Source: an uncultured Roseburia sp.
GTDB lineage: Bacteria > Bacillota > Clostridia > Lachnospirales > Lachnospiraceae
Length of the DNA: 64,000 bases
Direction of reading: 5' to 3'
Assembly: GCA_964495195.1 (NCBI GenBank)
Contig: CAZBUW010000003.1
Location: 519 to 64,518 of the forward strand
In this document: piece after piece, positions 15,507 to 28,193 of the stretch
How positions within the stretch are numbered: the stretch's first letter is position 1
Layout of the letters: every line of letters starts with the position of its first letter
Made by a program: the position numbers and the translations under genes
The notes under the pieces: generated by a model
The model's database searches: none
Told to the model about the DNA's origin: nothing
What the model saw: only the letters and a program-made list of their open reading frames with translations

Positions 15507-15728
15507 ATGTCCTTCCGACGGAGGGGTATCCCCTGTACCTCTGATTTTGGCGGGTAAGGCTTCCCGGCATGATGTGTTCCGGCATTTTCGCGGTAAATAG
15601 TCGGAATTTTCAGATAACTGCGAAAAATGATGGAAAATGACGAAATCGACGGCGCAAATGATTGAATTGCAAATAGAATTGGAGTAAAATAATATTAATA
15701 TTTAGCAACCACACGGAGGAGAAGGAAA

Positions 15729-17459
15729 ATGGGAAAAGAAGAAAAAAAATCAAGGGTGAATCAAGAGAAGGATCAGCACATTGAGAAAAGATTGACAGAT
15801 GGATTCCGCAGGATTGTCTATTTGTCGGATATTGCTATTCTTCTTGGAATTATTGCATTGTTTATTGTGTCGAACCGATATTCGTATGCATTGGTTAATT
15901 ACGGTTTTTCACAGGGGGATATCGGCAAGGCAATGATTGCATTTTCGGAGACGAAGGGTGCGACAAGAGGAGTTATCGGATATCAGTCGGAGGATGCAAT
16001 TCAGGCGGAGAAACAGGCGAGACAGGAGATGTCAGAGAAGTTTGCAGGATATATGCAGGATGTCTACGGGACGCTCAGCTCCTCGGAGGAGTCGGCACTC
16101 TATAATGAGATTTGTGCGGAGTTAGAGCAGTATTGGGAGCTTGAGGAACAGGTGGTTGAACTTGGTTCGACAACAGACAGTGCAAAGTCGTTAGAAGCAC
16201 AGAACATGGAATATGAGCAGTTAGATCCGCTGTATGATGATATTTATGCGAAGATGCTGGAATTGATGGATATTAATGTCAACAAGGGAAATTCCCTGAG
16301 CACCACACTGAGTGCAGTGAGCTGGATTTTGATTGTTGTGATTCTCGTGGTGGCGGTTGCAGTGTATATGACCTCCCAGAAGATTGGAAAGAAGATAGCA
16401 CTTGGAATTGCGGTTCCAATGGCACAGTTGTCCGAGAGGTTTAAGACGTTTGCAAAGGGAGATCTCGGCTCACCATTCCCGGAGGTGGAGACAAAAGATG
16501 AGATTGCAGAGATGATTGAGGAGGTCAGACGCATGGCATCCGATCTCGATGCGATTATTGAGGATACCGGATATATGTTAGGAACGGTGGCGGAGGGTGA
16601 TTATACCGTGCGAAGCCGCATGCCGGAAAAATATATAGGTGATTTTGAACTGTTGATTCAGGCGGTTCGCAAGATGAAAGCGCAGATGAGCGCGACACTC
16701 ACACAGATTGAGGAGGCATCGAATCAGGTGGCAATCGGTGCAGGCAATTTGTCGGATGCTTCCCAGGCACTCGCGGAAGGAGCGACCGATCAGGCAGCAT
16801 CCGTGGAGGAATTGCAGGCGACATTTGCAGATATCGCGGAGGGAGTCAACAAGACGGCGGAACATGTGGACGAATCCTACAAGCAGACGAAGCATTACGC
16901 AGCGGAAGCCGATGGAAGCCGTGCCGATATGCAGGCGATGGTTGATTCCATGAACGCCATCAATGAGACTTCACATCAGATTGAAAATATTATTTCAGAG
17001 ATTGAGAGCATCGCAAGCCAGACCAATCTTCTATCCCTGAATGCGGCAATCGAGGCGGCGAGAGCAGGAGAGGCAGGAAAGGGATTTGCAGTCGTTGCGG
17101 AACAGATTGGCAAATTGGCGGAGCAGAGCGGACAGTCGGCGATTGATACGCGCCAGCTGATTGAAGGTTCCCTGCAGGAGATTGAGGAAGGCAATAAGGC
17201 GGCGGAGCGCGCCGCAGCATCCATTGAAGGTGTTGTGGAAGGAATGAGAAGCATCGCGGACTCTTCTAAGGAGCTCAGTGAGATTATCAATTCCCAGGCG
17301 ATGGCGATGCAGGAGGCGGAGTCAGGCATCAACCAGATTTCCGAGGTAATTCAGGCGAACTCTGCGACGGCGGAGGAGTCATCCGCTACGAGCGAAGAAC
17401 TTTCGGCACAGGCGTCCTCAATGAATGATTTGGTGGCCAAGTTTAAATTAGAGAGATAA
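15729..17459 (+). CDS. methyl-accepting chemotaxis protein (2 TM, HAMP, MCP signalling domain)
   Basis: Invariant hairpin tip [30 protein letters not shown]. Two hydrophobic helices. GGAGGAG RBS. Confidence 0.9.
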   Translation: MGKEEKKSRVNQEKDQHIEKRLTDGFRRIVYLSDIAILLGIIALFIVSNRYSYALVNYGFSQGDIGKAMIAFSETKGATRGVIGYQSEDAIQAEKQARQEMSEKFAGYMQDVYGTLSSSEESALYNEICAELEQYWELEEQVVELGSTTDSAKSLEAQNMEYEQLDPLYDDIYAKMLELMDINVNKGNSLSTTLSAVSWILIVVILVVAVAVYMTSQKIGKKIALGIAVPMAQLSERFKTFAKGDLGSPFPEVETKDEIAEMIEEVRRMASDLDAIIEDTGYMLGTVAEGDYTVRSRMPEKYIGDFELLIQAVRKMKAQMSATLTQIEEASNQVAIGAGNLSDASQALAEGATDQAASVEELQATFADIAEGVNKTAEHVDESYKQTKHYAAEADGSRADMQAMVDSMNAINETSHQIENIISEIESIASQTNLLSLNAAIEAARAGEAGKGFAVVAEQIGKLAEQSGQSAIDTRQLIEGSLQEIEEGNKAAERAAASIEGVVEGMRSIADSSKELSEIINSQAMAMQEAESGINQISEVIQANSATAEESSATSEELSAQASSMNDLVAKFKLER

Positions 17460-17512
17460 CGAATGAGAATGACTTTATTCGAATAAAGTTTTCATAAACC
17501 TTCTTCTTTTTT

Positions 17513-17542
17513 GGAAAGGACCCGTGTGAGCGGGCCCTTTCC
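17513..17542 (+). terminator. GC-rich hairpin after the MCP gene (weak T tract)
   Basis: GGAAAGGACCCG / CGGGCCCTTTCC stem, followed only by TTGTGT. A smaller AT-rich hairpin ACTTTAT-TCGA-ATAAAGT plus TTTT lies at 17472-17493. Confidence 0.45.
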
Positions 17543-17589
17543 TTGTGTAACACAGAAATAGAAAATGGCATGAGACAGGGAGGAATTCT

Positions 17590-18741
17590 ATGGCAAACGT
17601 AATGGATTATTTGGATTGGCGGGGAGATTTGAGCTGGGAGGCAGACCCATTTAATGAGGTCGATAATCTCATTTTGTCGCAGCTTGTCTACGTGGATTTT
17701 GAGGGGATTGTTCCGGGGCGTGAATCAGAGGAAGAGATTTCGCTCGAGGAGGCGTCGGAATTGTTTTTTCAAAAGAACCGGGAGGAGGATATCCTCGCAA
17801 AAGTATCGATGACGAAGATGTCCGCCTTTGTCATGAAAAAGATGGCGCAGACGCCGCGTTTTGCAAAAGTTCGATTGTCAAAGTATGTCAATGACATCGA
17901 TTTGGAGGAGCAGTCACAGTTTTCCGTGCTCTGCATCACCTTGCAGGACGGCAGTATTTTTATCGCATACAGCGGTACGGACAGCACGATTGTGGGCTGG
18001 CATGAGAATTTTAACATGGGATATCTCGAGGAGACGCCGGGGCAGAGAAAGGCGGCGGCATACCTGAATGAGACGATGGAGAAAAACAGCAGACCGCTTC
18101 GCATCGGAGGACATTCCAAGGGAGGAAATCTGTCGGTCTACGCGGCAGTCATGGCGCTGCCGAAGATACAGAACAGGATTGTGGCAGTTTACAGCAACGA
18201 TGGTCCCGGATTTCGGAAAGAGATTCTGGAGAGCGAGTCCTATCGGAATCTGGAGGCTCGAATCAGCAGGATTCTGCCGGAGTCGTCCATCGTGGGATTG
18301 CTGCTCGAACATGACAGCAGATACAAGGTGATAAAGAGTATGGAGCGCGGGGCAATGCAGCACGATCCGATGTCGTGGGAGGTTCTTCAGAATCATTTTG
18401 TCTATGTGGATGATGTGAATGTGCAGAGCCTGATGTTGGATGAGGCGATGAAGAACTGGCTGGAGCAATTGGATGAAGCCCAGCGCCGGCAGATTGTGGA
18501 ATCGGCATTTTCCGTTCTCGAAGCGGCGGAAATTTACACGGTGGATGACTTTTTCCAGAGCAAATTGAAAAAGATTCAGGAGATTATCAAAGCAATGTCG
18601 GATCTTCCGGAGGAGACACAGAAAGTTTTGTACGAAGCGATACGGCTTCTTTGGAAGAGTGGAAACGATACCATACGCAAAAAAGTGCGCGAGGTGGCAA
18701 GTGAAAAGAGGGAGAACAAGACGAATCTAAAAAATATATAA
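17590..18741 (+). CDS. DUF2974 / Mbeg1-like alpha/beta-hydrolase-fold protein
   Basis: N-terminal MDYLDWRGDL..., nucleophile elbow GGHSKGGNL, 383 aa. Confidence 0.7.
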   Translation: MANVMDYLDWRGDLSWEADPFNEVDNLILSQLVYVDFEGIVPGRESEEEISLEEASELFFQKNREEDILAKVSMTKMSAFVMKKMAQTPRFAKVRLSKYVNDIDLEEQSQFSVLCITLQDGSIFIAYSGTDSTIVGWHENFNMGYLEETPGQRKAAAYLNETMEKNSRPLRIGGHSKGGNLSVYAAVMALPKIQNRIVAVYSNDGPGFRKEILESESYRNLEARISRILPESSIVGLLLEHDSRYKVIKSMERGAMQHDPMSWEVLQNHFVYVDDVNVQSLMLDEAMKNWLEQLDEAQRRQIVESAFSVLEAAEIYTVDDFFQSKLKKIQEIIKAMSDLPEETQKVLYEAIRLLWKSGNDTIRKKVREVASEKRENKTNLKNI

Positions 18742-18838
18742 AATCATCGGAAATCGATGGAAATAAGAAAATGAGAGAAAAAGAGAGATAATAAAAGAAA
18801 ACAAGAGAAAATATTACGATTGGCGAGAATATACTAAG

Positions 18839-18867
18839 TTGCGAATTGCGGATGAAATATCTATGAT
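18839..18867 (+). promoter_or_regulatory. groESL promoter TTGCGA-17-TATGAT
   Basis: Hexamers at 18839-18844 and 18862-18867, immediately upstream of CIRCE. Confidence 0.65.
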
Positions 18868-18878
18868 AGGACTATCGG

Positions 18879-18905
18879 TTAGCACTCAAACGAAATGAGT
18901 GCTAA
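18879..18905. promoter_or_regulatory. CIRCE operator (HrcA binding site)
   Basis: TTAGCACTC-N9-GAGTGCTAA, an exact match to the CIRCE consensus, 50 nt before groES. Confidence 0.95.
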
Positions 18906-18921
18906 TAACAAAAGAAAATGA

Positions 18922-19239
<318 letters not shown>

Positions 19240-19277
19240 GGTATAGCTGCGCAGATGAAATAAAATAGAAAAAGTGA

Positions 19278-20912
<1,635 letters not shown>

Positions 20913-20945
20913 TTGCATCACGCTCAGGAAGAGTGAAGAATGAAA

Positions 20946-20987
20946 AAGTGTCTGGAGAGGCGATGCGTCTTTCCGGACACTTTTTTT
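20946..20987 (+). terminator. intrinsic terminator after groEL
   Basis: AAGTGTCTGGA / TCCGGACACTT stem followed by TTTTTTT. Confidence 0.8.
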
Positions 20988-21042
20988 CGCGCCCTCATTT
21001 TTGGCGCTGTACGGAATGTGTTGTACGAAAGCAGAGCAGGGC

Positions 21043-21071
21043 TTGACAGATAATTTTGGAAACGGTATCAT
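21043..21071 (+). promoter_or_regulatory. promoter TTGACA-17-TATCAT upstream of the ROK kinase gene
   Basis: Hexamers at 21043-21048 and 21066-21071. Confidence 0.6.
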
Positions 21072-21107
21072 AAGCATAAATTTATAACGAATATAGGAGA
21101 GGGAACG

Positions 21108-22049
21108 ATGAAAAAGTACGCATTTGGAGTGGATATCGGAGGAACTACCTGTAAGATTGGTTTTTTTGAAACCAGCGGAAAGCTGATTGACAAATGGGAA
21201 ATCAGAACCAATACAGAGAATAACGGAGCGTCAATTCTTTCGGATGTAGCGTTAGCGGTGGACAATAAGTTGGCGCAGGAGGGGATTCGCAAGGATGAGG
21301 TACAGGGAATCGGGCTTGGTGTTCCGGGACCGGTCAGAAGTGACGGAGTGGTAAGCTGCTGTGTGAATCTCGGATGGGGCGAAGTCAATGCCGCAGAGGA
21401 ACTTAAAAATTTCACAGGCTTAAACGTAAAAGTTGGAAATGATGCAAACGTAGCTGCATTGGGTGAAATGTGGCAGGGAGGTGCCAAAGGCTGTAAGGAT
21501 GTCGTTGTGGTAACCTTAGGAACAGGAGTCGGCGGCGGCGTGATTGTGAATGGCAAAATTGTGGCAGGATTTGACGGAGCCGGCGGCGAGATAGGTCATA
21601 TTACGGTTAGCGATGATGAGATTGAGCCTTGCAACTGCGGGCAGTATGGCTGTTTAGAGCAGTATACATCCGCTACCGGTATCGTCCGTGTGACGAAGAG
21701 AAAGCTGGCGAAATCTGCTGTGGATACCAGTCTGCGTCAGATGAAAGATCTGACGGCAAAGGATGTGTTTGACGCAGCAAAGGCAGGGGATGCGGTAGCA
21801 CTCGGATTGGTGGATGAGGTCTGCGGGATTTTAGGTGCAACGCTTTCTAATATTGCCTGTGTGGTAAACCCGGAAATTATCGTAATCGGCGGCGGGGTTT
21901 CCAAAGCGGGAGAAATTTTAAGCAGCAGTATTCAGAAGCATTATATGGAAAATGCGTTCCATGCCTGCCGTAATACAAAGTTTGCTTTAGCGGCGCTTGG
22001 AAATGATGCAGGTATGTACGGCTGTGTACAGATGCTGTTAGATGAATAA
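21108..22049 (+). CDS. ROK-family sugar kinase (glucokinase / possibly N-acetylglucosamine kinase)
   Basis: VDIGGTTCK ATP-binding motif and ROK Zn motif CNCGQYGCLEQY. 313 aa. Confidence 0.85.
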   Translation: MKKYAFGVDIGGTTCKIGFFETSGKLIDKWEIRTNTENNGASILSDVALAVDNKLAQEGIRKDEVQGIGLGVPGPVRSDGVVSCCVNLGWGEVNAAEELKNFTGLNVKVGNDANVAALGEMWQGGAKGCKDVVVVTLGTGVGGGVIVNGKIVAGFDGAGGEIGHITVSDDEIEPCNCGQYGCLEQYTSATGIVRVTKRKLAKSAVDTSLRQMKDLTAKDVFDAAKAGDAVALGLVDEVCGILGATLSNIACVVNPEIIVIGGGVSKAGEILSSSIQKHYMENAFHACRNTKFALAALGNDAGMYGCVQMLLDE

Positions 22050-22068
22050 AGATACATAAAAAACAGGT

Positions 22069-22128
22069 GCAGATGCGAAATTTAATGTCAGGAAATCAGA
22101 CCGGCATTGGATTTGCATCTGCTTTTTT
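22069..22128 (+). terminator. intrinsic terminator after the ROK kinase gene
   Basis: GCAGATGC...GCATCTGC stem followed by TTTTTT. Confidence 0.7.
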
Positions 22129-22272
22129 ATGCGCTAATATCCATTCAGACAATAAAATCCAAATTATGCCATACCTGACAATACAGTTCTTTTTTTCGGC
22201 AAACTATAATGTAAATAAGATACAGGAGAACCTGTACGATAACGAAAAAGATGATAAGGGGAAGGAAAACAG

Positions 22273-24702
22273 ATGCAGTACGGACATTTTGATAATCAAA
22301 AGAGAGAGTATGTGATTGACCGTGTGGATTTGCCGGTTTCATGGACGAATTACCTTGGCGTGAATGATATGTGCGTAGTAGTAAATCATACTGCCGGCGG
22401 CTATATGTTTTACAAATCACCGGAATACCACAGAGTGACGCGTTTTCGCGGAAATGCGGTTCCGATGGACCGCCCGGGACATTATGTGTATCTGCGGGAT
22501 GCGGAGGATGGAGATTATTGGAGCATTTCCTGGCAGCCGGTTGGAAAGCCGCTCGATGAGGCAAAATACACTTGCCGCCACGGTATGAGTTACTCCACCT
22601 ATGAGTGTAGTTACAAAGGGATAGAAGCGAGCCAGACGCTGGTAGTTCCTATGGATGACCCGGTGGAACTCTGGGATGTAAAAATAAGGAACACGACAGA
22701 CAAAAGAAGAAAAATATCTGTCTTTTCTTATTTAGAGTTTTCGTTTCATCATGTGATGATTGATAATCAGAATTTTCAGATGAGCCTTTACTGTGCCGGA
22801 TCGTCCTATGAGGACGGTGTTATCGAACATGATTTGTTCTATGAAGAGTTTGGATATCAATACTTTACCGGTAATTTTACGCCGGATGGATTTGACTGCC
22901 TCAGAGACAAATTTCTGGGTTCTTACCGGACGGAGGATAATCCCATTGCAGTCGAGCAGGGAAAATGCAGCGGCTCTTTGGAATTGGGCAATAATCATTG
23001 CGGAAGCCTGCAGAAGGAACTTGTGTTAGAACCGGGAGAAGAAGTACGGCTCATCTTTATGCTGGGGGAAGGAGACAGAGAAGAGGGAAAGAAAATCCGC
23101 AGAAAATATTCAAAGCTTTCTCATGTGGATGCTGTCTATGAGCAGCTTGCGGCATATTGGGAGGACAAATTCTCCAGACTGCAGATAAATACGCCAAACG
23201 AGGGAATGAACACGTTAATCAATACCTGGAATCTCTATCAGGCGGAGGTCAACATCATGTTTTCCAGATTTGCCTCCTTTATCGAGGTGGGGGGAAGAAC
23301 AGGACTTGGTTACCGTGATACGGCGCAGGATGCCATGACGATTCCTCATTCCAATCCGAAAAAATGCAGACAGAGAATTGTGGAACTGCTCCGCGGGCTG
23401 ACGACGAAAGGATATGGGCTGCATTTATTCCAGCCGGAATGGTTTGAACCGGACAGAGAAGAGGAGAAGAAAAAACCCTTCAAATCCCCGACTGTCATCC
23501 CAACAGTAAACAATGCGGATATTGTACACGGAATAGAGGATGCCTGCTCGGATGATGCGCTCTGGCTGGTTCCGTCTATTGTCGAATATATCAAGGAAAC
23601 CGGAGAAACAGGATTTGCGGACGAGGTTGTGACCTATGCGGATGGAGGAGAGGGAACGGTCTATGAGCATATGATGCACATTCTTGATTTCTCCGCAGAA
23701 CAGGTGGGGAGCACCGGAATCTGTAAGGGACTTCGGGCAGATTGGAACGACTGCCTCAACTTGGGAGGCGGAGAGAGCGCCATGGTTTCTTTCCTGCATT
23801 ATTGGGCAATCAGTAATTTTATTGAACTGGCAAAATATTTAAAACGTGACGCGGATGTAGAAAAGTATACCGCGATGAAAGAAAAGGTATACAAAGTCTG
23901 TAACGAGGAACTTTGGGATAAAGAATGGTTCATCCGCGGCATAACGAAAAATGGTAAGAGAATCGGAACTGCTGAGGAGAAAGAGGGAAAGGTACACTTA
24001 GAGTCCAATGCATGGGCAGTGCTCTCAGGGGCAGCGGACAAGGAAAAAGGAAAGCTGGCGATGGACAGTGTGGATAAATATCTCTTTACACGGTATGGAA
24101 TTATGTTAAATGCACCCTCTTATACGGTACCGGATGATGATATCGGATTTGTCACACGGGTATATCCGGGGTTAAAAGAGAACGGTTCTATCTTCTCACA
24201 TCCGAATCCGTGGGCGTGGGCGGCAGAGTGCGTCCTGGGGCGCGGCGACCGCGCCATGAAGTATTACAATGCGCTCTGCCCTTACTATCAGAATGATAAG
24301 ATTGAGATTCGGGAATCAGAGCCGTACTCCTACTGTCAGTTTATTGCGGGAAAAGATCACACCGCCTTTGGCCGTGCGCGCCATCCTTTTATGACGGGAA
24401 GCGGCGGATGGGCATACTTCTCAGCCACGAGATATATGCTGGGTATCCGTCCGCAGTTTACAGAACTTTCTGTTGATCCATGTATTCCGGCAGACTGGAA
24501 AGAGTTTTCTGCAGTCCGTAAATGGAGGGGTGCAGAATTTGATATAAAAGTAGAGAATCCGGAAGGTGTGATGAAGGGTGTGAAAGAAATCTGGTTGGAC
24601 GGCGAAAAGACAGATTGCATTCCGGCGCAGACAGCAGGTACGAAGCACAGTGTAACAGTCGTTATGGGAGAAAAGATATCAGCAAATAGCGAAGATTTTT
24701 AA
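22273..24702 (+). CDS. GH94 disaccharide phosphorylase, probably N,N'-diacetylchitobiose phosphorylase (cellobiose phosphorylase family)
   Basis: 809 aa. N-terminus MQYGHFDNQKREYVIDRVDLPVSWTNYLG..HTAGGYMFYKSPEYHRVTRFRGN..DRPGHYVYLRD, plus ADWNDCLN and SHPNPWAW motifs of GH94. The ChbP-like assignment rests on my memory of Vibrio ChbP and on the nagA/nagB context. Confidence 0.75.
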   Translation: MQYGHFDNQKREYVIDRVDLPVSWTNYLGVNDMCVVVNHTAGGYMFYKSPEYHRVTRFRGNAVPMDRPGHYVYLRDAEDGDYWSISWQPVGKPLDEAKYTCRHGMSYSTYECSYKGIEASQTLVVPMDDPVELWDVKIRNTTDKRRKISVFSYLEFSFHHVMIDNQNFQMSLYCAGSSYEDGVIEHDLFYEEFGYQYFTGNFTPDGFDCLRDKFLGSYRTEDNPIAVEQGKCSGSLELGNNHCGSLQKELVLEPGEEVRLIFMLGEGDREEGKKIRRKYSKLSHVDAVYEQLAAYWEDKFSRLQINTPNEGMNTLINTWNLYQAEVNIMFSRFASFIEVGGRTGLGYRDTAQDAMTIPHSNPKKCRQRIVELLRGLTTKGYGLHLFQPEWFEPDREEEKKKPFKSPTVIPTVNNADIVHGIEDACSDDALWLVPSIVEYIKETGETGFADEVVTYADGGEGTVYEHMMHILDFSAEQVGSTGICKGLRADWNDCLNLGGGESAMVSFLHYWAISNFIELAKYLKRDADVEKYTAMKEKVYKVCNEELWDKEWFIRGITKNGKRIGTAEEKEGKVHLESNAWAVLSGAADKEKGKLAMDSVDKYLFTRYGIMLNAPSYTVPDDDIGFVTRVYPGLKENGSIFSHPNPWAWAAECVLGRGDRAMKYYNALCPYYQNDKIEIRESEPYSYCQFIAGKDHTAFGRARHPFMTGSGGWAYFSATRYMLGIRPQFTELSVDPCIPADWKEFSAVRKWRGAEFDIKVENPEGVMKGVKEIWLDGEKTDCIPAQTAGTKHSVTVVMGEKISANSEDF

Positions 24703-24721
24703 AAAGAAAGGGGATTAGACA

Positions 24722-26140
24722 ATGATAAAATTTGGAACAGGCGGCTGGAGAGCCGTGATTGGGGATGAATTTACAAAAGCAAATATACAATTGCTGGCAC
24801 AGGGACTTGTCAACAAGATGAAGAATGAGGGTGTGGCAGAGCAGGGAATTGTCATGGGATACGACAGGAGATTCCTCTCCAAAGAGGCAATGCAGTGGGC
24901 AGCGGAAGTTTTTGCGGCAGCACACATCAAAGCCAGCCTGATTAATAAGTCCTCACCGACACCGTTGATTATGTTCTATGTGATGAAGCACGATTTTCCT
25001 TACGGAATGATGATTACCGCCAGCCATAACCCGGCAATCTACAACGGAATTAAAGTATTTACGGCCGGGGGACGTGATGCAGATGAAATCCAGACGAAGG
25101 ACATTGAGGATTACATCGGAGATATCGCTCCGGGCGGAGTGAATGCCGTGGACTATGAAACAGGAAAAAAAGAGGGATATATCGAAGAAATTTATCCTCT
25201 CAATGAGTATTTGGATAACATTATTGCTTCCGTGAACATGGATGTCATCCGCGATGCAGGATTAAAGGTGGCATTAGACCCTATGTATGGTGTCAGCGAG
25301 ACCTCCCTGAAGACCATTTTGATGACGGCGCGCTGTGAAGTGGCAACAATCCATGATAGACACGATACCCTGTTTGGAGGAAAGCTTCCGGCGCCGTCAG
25401 CAGCGACCCTCCATTCTCTGCAGAATTATGTCGTGGAGAAAAATTTTGATATTGGTATCGCGACGGACGGTGATGCAGACCGCATCGGAGTCATCGATGA
25501 TAAAGGAAATTTCTTACATCCCAATGATATTTTAGTATTGCTGTACTATTATCTTGTGAAGTTTAAGGGATGGAGAGGTCCTGTGGTAAGAAATATTGCT
25601 ACCACTCACATGCTCGATAAGGTGGCGCAGCAGTTTGGCGAAATCTGTTACGAGGTGCCGGTAGGTTTTAAGTATATTTCTGCAAAAATGCAGGAGACAG
25701 GCGCGATTATCGGAGGAGAGTCCTCCGGCGGATTGACGGTACATGGACATATCAACGGAAAAGATGGTATCTATGCGGCTGCGCTTTTGATTGAGATGCT
25801 TGCCGTGACCGGAAAAAAACTCTCAGAAATCATGGAGGATATTCACGCAGAATGTGGAGAAATTCATATGGAGGAGAGGGATTATAAGTTCACACAGGAA
25901 AAGAAGGAGGAAATGAATCACATATTGATGGAGCAGAAGCTTCTGCCGGAACTGCCGGAAGAGATAGATCACATTTCCTATCTGGATGGAAGCAAGGTGT
26001 ATTTCAAAAACGGAGGATGGGTTATTGCACGTTTTTCCGGCACAGAACCGCTGCTTCGCATCTTTTGTGAGATGCCGGACGCTTCCTGCGCAGCAAAAAT
26101 CTGTGAAATATATGAGGAGTTTTTGGGATTAAAGGCATAG
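24722..26140 (+). CDS. alpha-D-phosphohexomutase family protein (phosphoglucomutase/phosphomannomutase-like; candidate GlcNAc-1-P mutase)
   Basis: Phosphoserine loop TASHNP, Mg loop DGDADR, sugar loop GGESSGG. Confidence 0.85.
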   Translation: MIKFGTGGWRAVIGDEFTKANIQLLAQGLVNKMKNEGVAEQGIVMGYDRRFLSKEAMQWAAEVFAAAHIKASLINKSSPTPLIMFYVMKHDFPYGMMITASHNPAIYNGIKVFTAGGRDADEIQTKDIEDYIGDIAPGGVNAVDYETGKKEGYIEEIYPLNEYLDNIIASVNMDVIRDAGLKVALDPMYGVSETSLKTILMTARCEVATIHDRHDTLFGGKLPAPSAATLHSLQNYVVEKNFDIGIATDGDADRIGVIDDKGNFLHPNDILVLLYYYLVKFKGWRGPVVRNIATTHMLDKVAQQFGEICYEVPVGFKYISAKMQETGAIIGGESSGGLTVHGHINGKDGIYAAALLIEMLAVTGKKLSEIMEDIHAECGEIHMEERDYKFTQEKKEEMNHILMEQKLLPELPEEIDHISYLDGSKVYFKNGGWVIARFSGTEPLLRIFCEMPDASCAAKICEIYEEFLGLKA

Positions 26141-26251
26141 TCTTTTCAAATACCGACCAGAATGTTATACTTTTTCAGAGACAAAGAAACGGGAAAAAGA
26201 TAACTTATGGTCGGTATTTGTCTATTGCAGGATAAACGGAGGATGGTAAAA

Positions 26252-28096
26252 ATGAAAAAAAAGCCAGGCTCACTGAAACAAAAGATATTAATTTTTCTGA
26301 TATTGTGCTGGGGAGTACCTATTGCAGTATTTTTTGCATTTACTACAATTTCTTACCGGAGAGGAATTATTGAAAAAGCAGAGAGACTGATGGAGGACGA
26401 ATTACAAAATGTGGCAGCGTTTACATCTGCCCGGATTGGAGATGCCATCACACTCTGCCAGCGCCCGTCCTACGAGAAAACGTGGGAGACATCATGGGAG
26501 AATCTGCAGGATGGAAAATGTTCGGAGGCAGAATATCTTCAGGAAGTAAACAGCAGTCTGAAGGGGAAATTTTATCTGGATGAAAGGTTTAATATGTATG
26601 CTTTTTACCGGTATGGTCATGAAGATCCGGAATGCTTTTCTTCGCGTGCAGGAATCTCTTATAAGAGTTATATAGAGGAGATACAGCCGGAGATTAAGGA
26701 TATTATAGATATGGATACCTCTTATGCCTATGTGCGGGTTGTGGAAGGCAGAATTTTTATCATACGAAATCTCTACACGACGGTGGACTATAAGCGCTAT
26801 GGAACTCTGGTGGTGGAATTAAACAAAAATAAAGTATTTCAGGATGTGCCTGCAGATGTCAGAGACAAGATGGCGGTATGTATTGGCAGCAGCAGTGATG
26901 TAGTGGAGTTTACAGACGGGGAGACGAAGGATGAAAAATGGGAGGAACTGTCGGAGGAGCTTTTGACAAGGTATGATGGTATCAGCAACCGCAAGATAGA
27001 TAAAATTCAGAATGAATCCTACAATGGATATCTTTATCAGAAGCGCTATGACAACTACCATATCGGTGTGATTATCTTCGCAAAAAAGAGTGAAATTTAT
27101 TCCAGCCTGTATGAGTTTTATACCATAGCTGCTCTGATGCTGGCCTTGTTTATCCCGTTGTTTGGCTACGGCGTTTTCTTTCTCAGAAAGCATATTCAGG
27201 TACCAATTGAGTGGATTTTGAAGGCGTGTAAGCAGATGGAGGAAGGCGAAATTGGGATTTCCGTTGCCGGTGGGAAAATGCCAAACTCAGAATTTCAATA
27301 TATGAAAGAAAGTTTTGACAGTATGTCTGCACAGGTAAAGTATTTGTTCGATTATGCATATGATGAGAAGCTGGCGAGAAAAGATGCACAGATACAGGCA
27401 TTGCAGGCGCAGATTAATCCTCATTTTCTGAATAATACCTTAGAGATGATGAACTGGCAGGCAAGAATGTCAGGGAATACCATCGTGTCAAAGATGATAG
27501 AAGCGTTAGGAACCGTATTGGATTACCGGATGAACCGTGCCAATGTAAAAGAGATTCATCTTGCGGAAGAATTACAGTGCATTGATGCATATTTTTACAT
27601 TATGACGATGCGTTTTGGACAGAGACTTCAGGTTGAGAGAAACATTGAGGAGGATTTGCTCTATATTATGGTTCCGCCCCTTATTTTACAGCCTATTGTG
27701 GAAAATGCCATTGTCCATGGGATAGAAACACTAAAAAACGGCAAGATTAGTCTGCGGGTCTATCATGATGCGGAGAATGTTTATTTAGAGGTTCGCAATA
27801 CCGCGAAAAAAATGACGGAAGAAGACCGTGACAGAATACAGGCGATTCTTGCGGGGGATGAGGACAAGATACCGAAGGATGTAGGACGTCATACCTCCAT
27901 CGGCATACGGAATGTGAACCAGAGAATCCATTTGGTATATGGAGAAGAGTATGGACTTACCATCGTACAGGAAGAGAATTTAGAGACGGTTTCCACCATT
28001 ATGATACCGTACAGAGAGTGGAATGAGGAGACCTTGTTAAAAAAACGAAATGCGGAAAGAGACGAATGGAAAAACACGGCAAGATTGAACAAATAA
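26252..28096 (+). CDS. YesM-type sensor histidine kinase (2 TM, HAMP, His_kinase, HATPase)
   Basis: QINPHFLNNTL motif with a C-terminal ATPase domain. ATG26252 lies 8 nt after GGAGGA (26238-26243); the track start is ATG26207. Confidence 0.85.
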   Translation: MKKKPGSLKQKILIFLILCWGVPIAVFFAFTTISYRRGIIEKAERLMEDELQNVAAFTSARIGDAITLCQRPSYEKTWETSWENLQDGKCSEAEYLQEVNSSLKGKFYLDERFNMYAFYRYGHEDPECFSSRAGISYKSYIEEIQPEIKDIIDMDTSYAYVRVVEGRIFIIRNLYTTVDYKRYGTLVVELNKNKVFQDVPADVRDKMAVCIGSSSDVVEFTDGETKDEKWEELSEELLTRYDGISNRKIDKIQNESYNGYLYQKRYDNYHIGVIIFAKKSEIYSSLYEFYTIAALMLALFIPLFGYGVFFLRKHIQVPIEWILKACKQMEEGEIGISVAGGKMPNSEFQYMKESFDSMSAQVKYLFDYAYDEKLARKDAQIQALQAQINPHFLNNTLEMMNWQARMSGNTIVSKMIEALGTVLDYRMNRANVKEIHLAEELQCIDAYFYIMTMRFGQRLQVERNIEEDLLYIMVPPLILQPIVENAIVHGIETLKNGKISLRVYHDAENVYLEVRNTAKKMTEEDRDRIQAILAGDEDKIPKDVGRHTSIGIRNVNQRIHLVYGEEYGLTIVQEENLETVSTIMIPYREWNEETLLKKRNAERDEWKNTARLNK

Positions 28097-28193
28097 TGTC
28101 AATTCGGGCTAATGCTTTTTGTAAAATCTATACTATAATATGATTATAGTAAATGAAAAACACGTTTACAAATCATATGAAGGAGGATTTACT

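Noticed and set aside
17019-17100. ~80-nt block about 80% identical at 17019-17100, 36108-36190 and 62198-62280, considered as a dispersed repeat
   Set aside because: It encodes the universally conserved MCP signalling hairpin tip ([25 protein letters not shown]). The similarity comes from protein-level conservation among paralogues.
22067-22315. 82-aa ORF in the intergenic region before the GH94 gene
   Set aside because: It starts inside the terminator hairpin of the upstream gene, has no RBS, is low-complexity, and runs into the GH94 start region.
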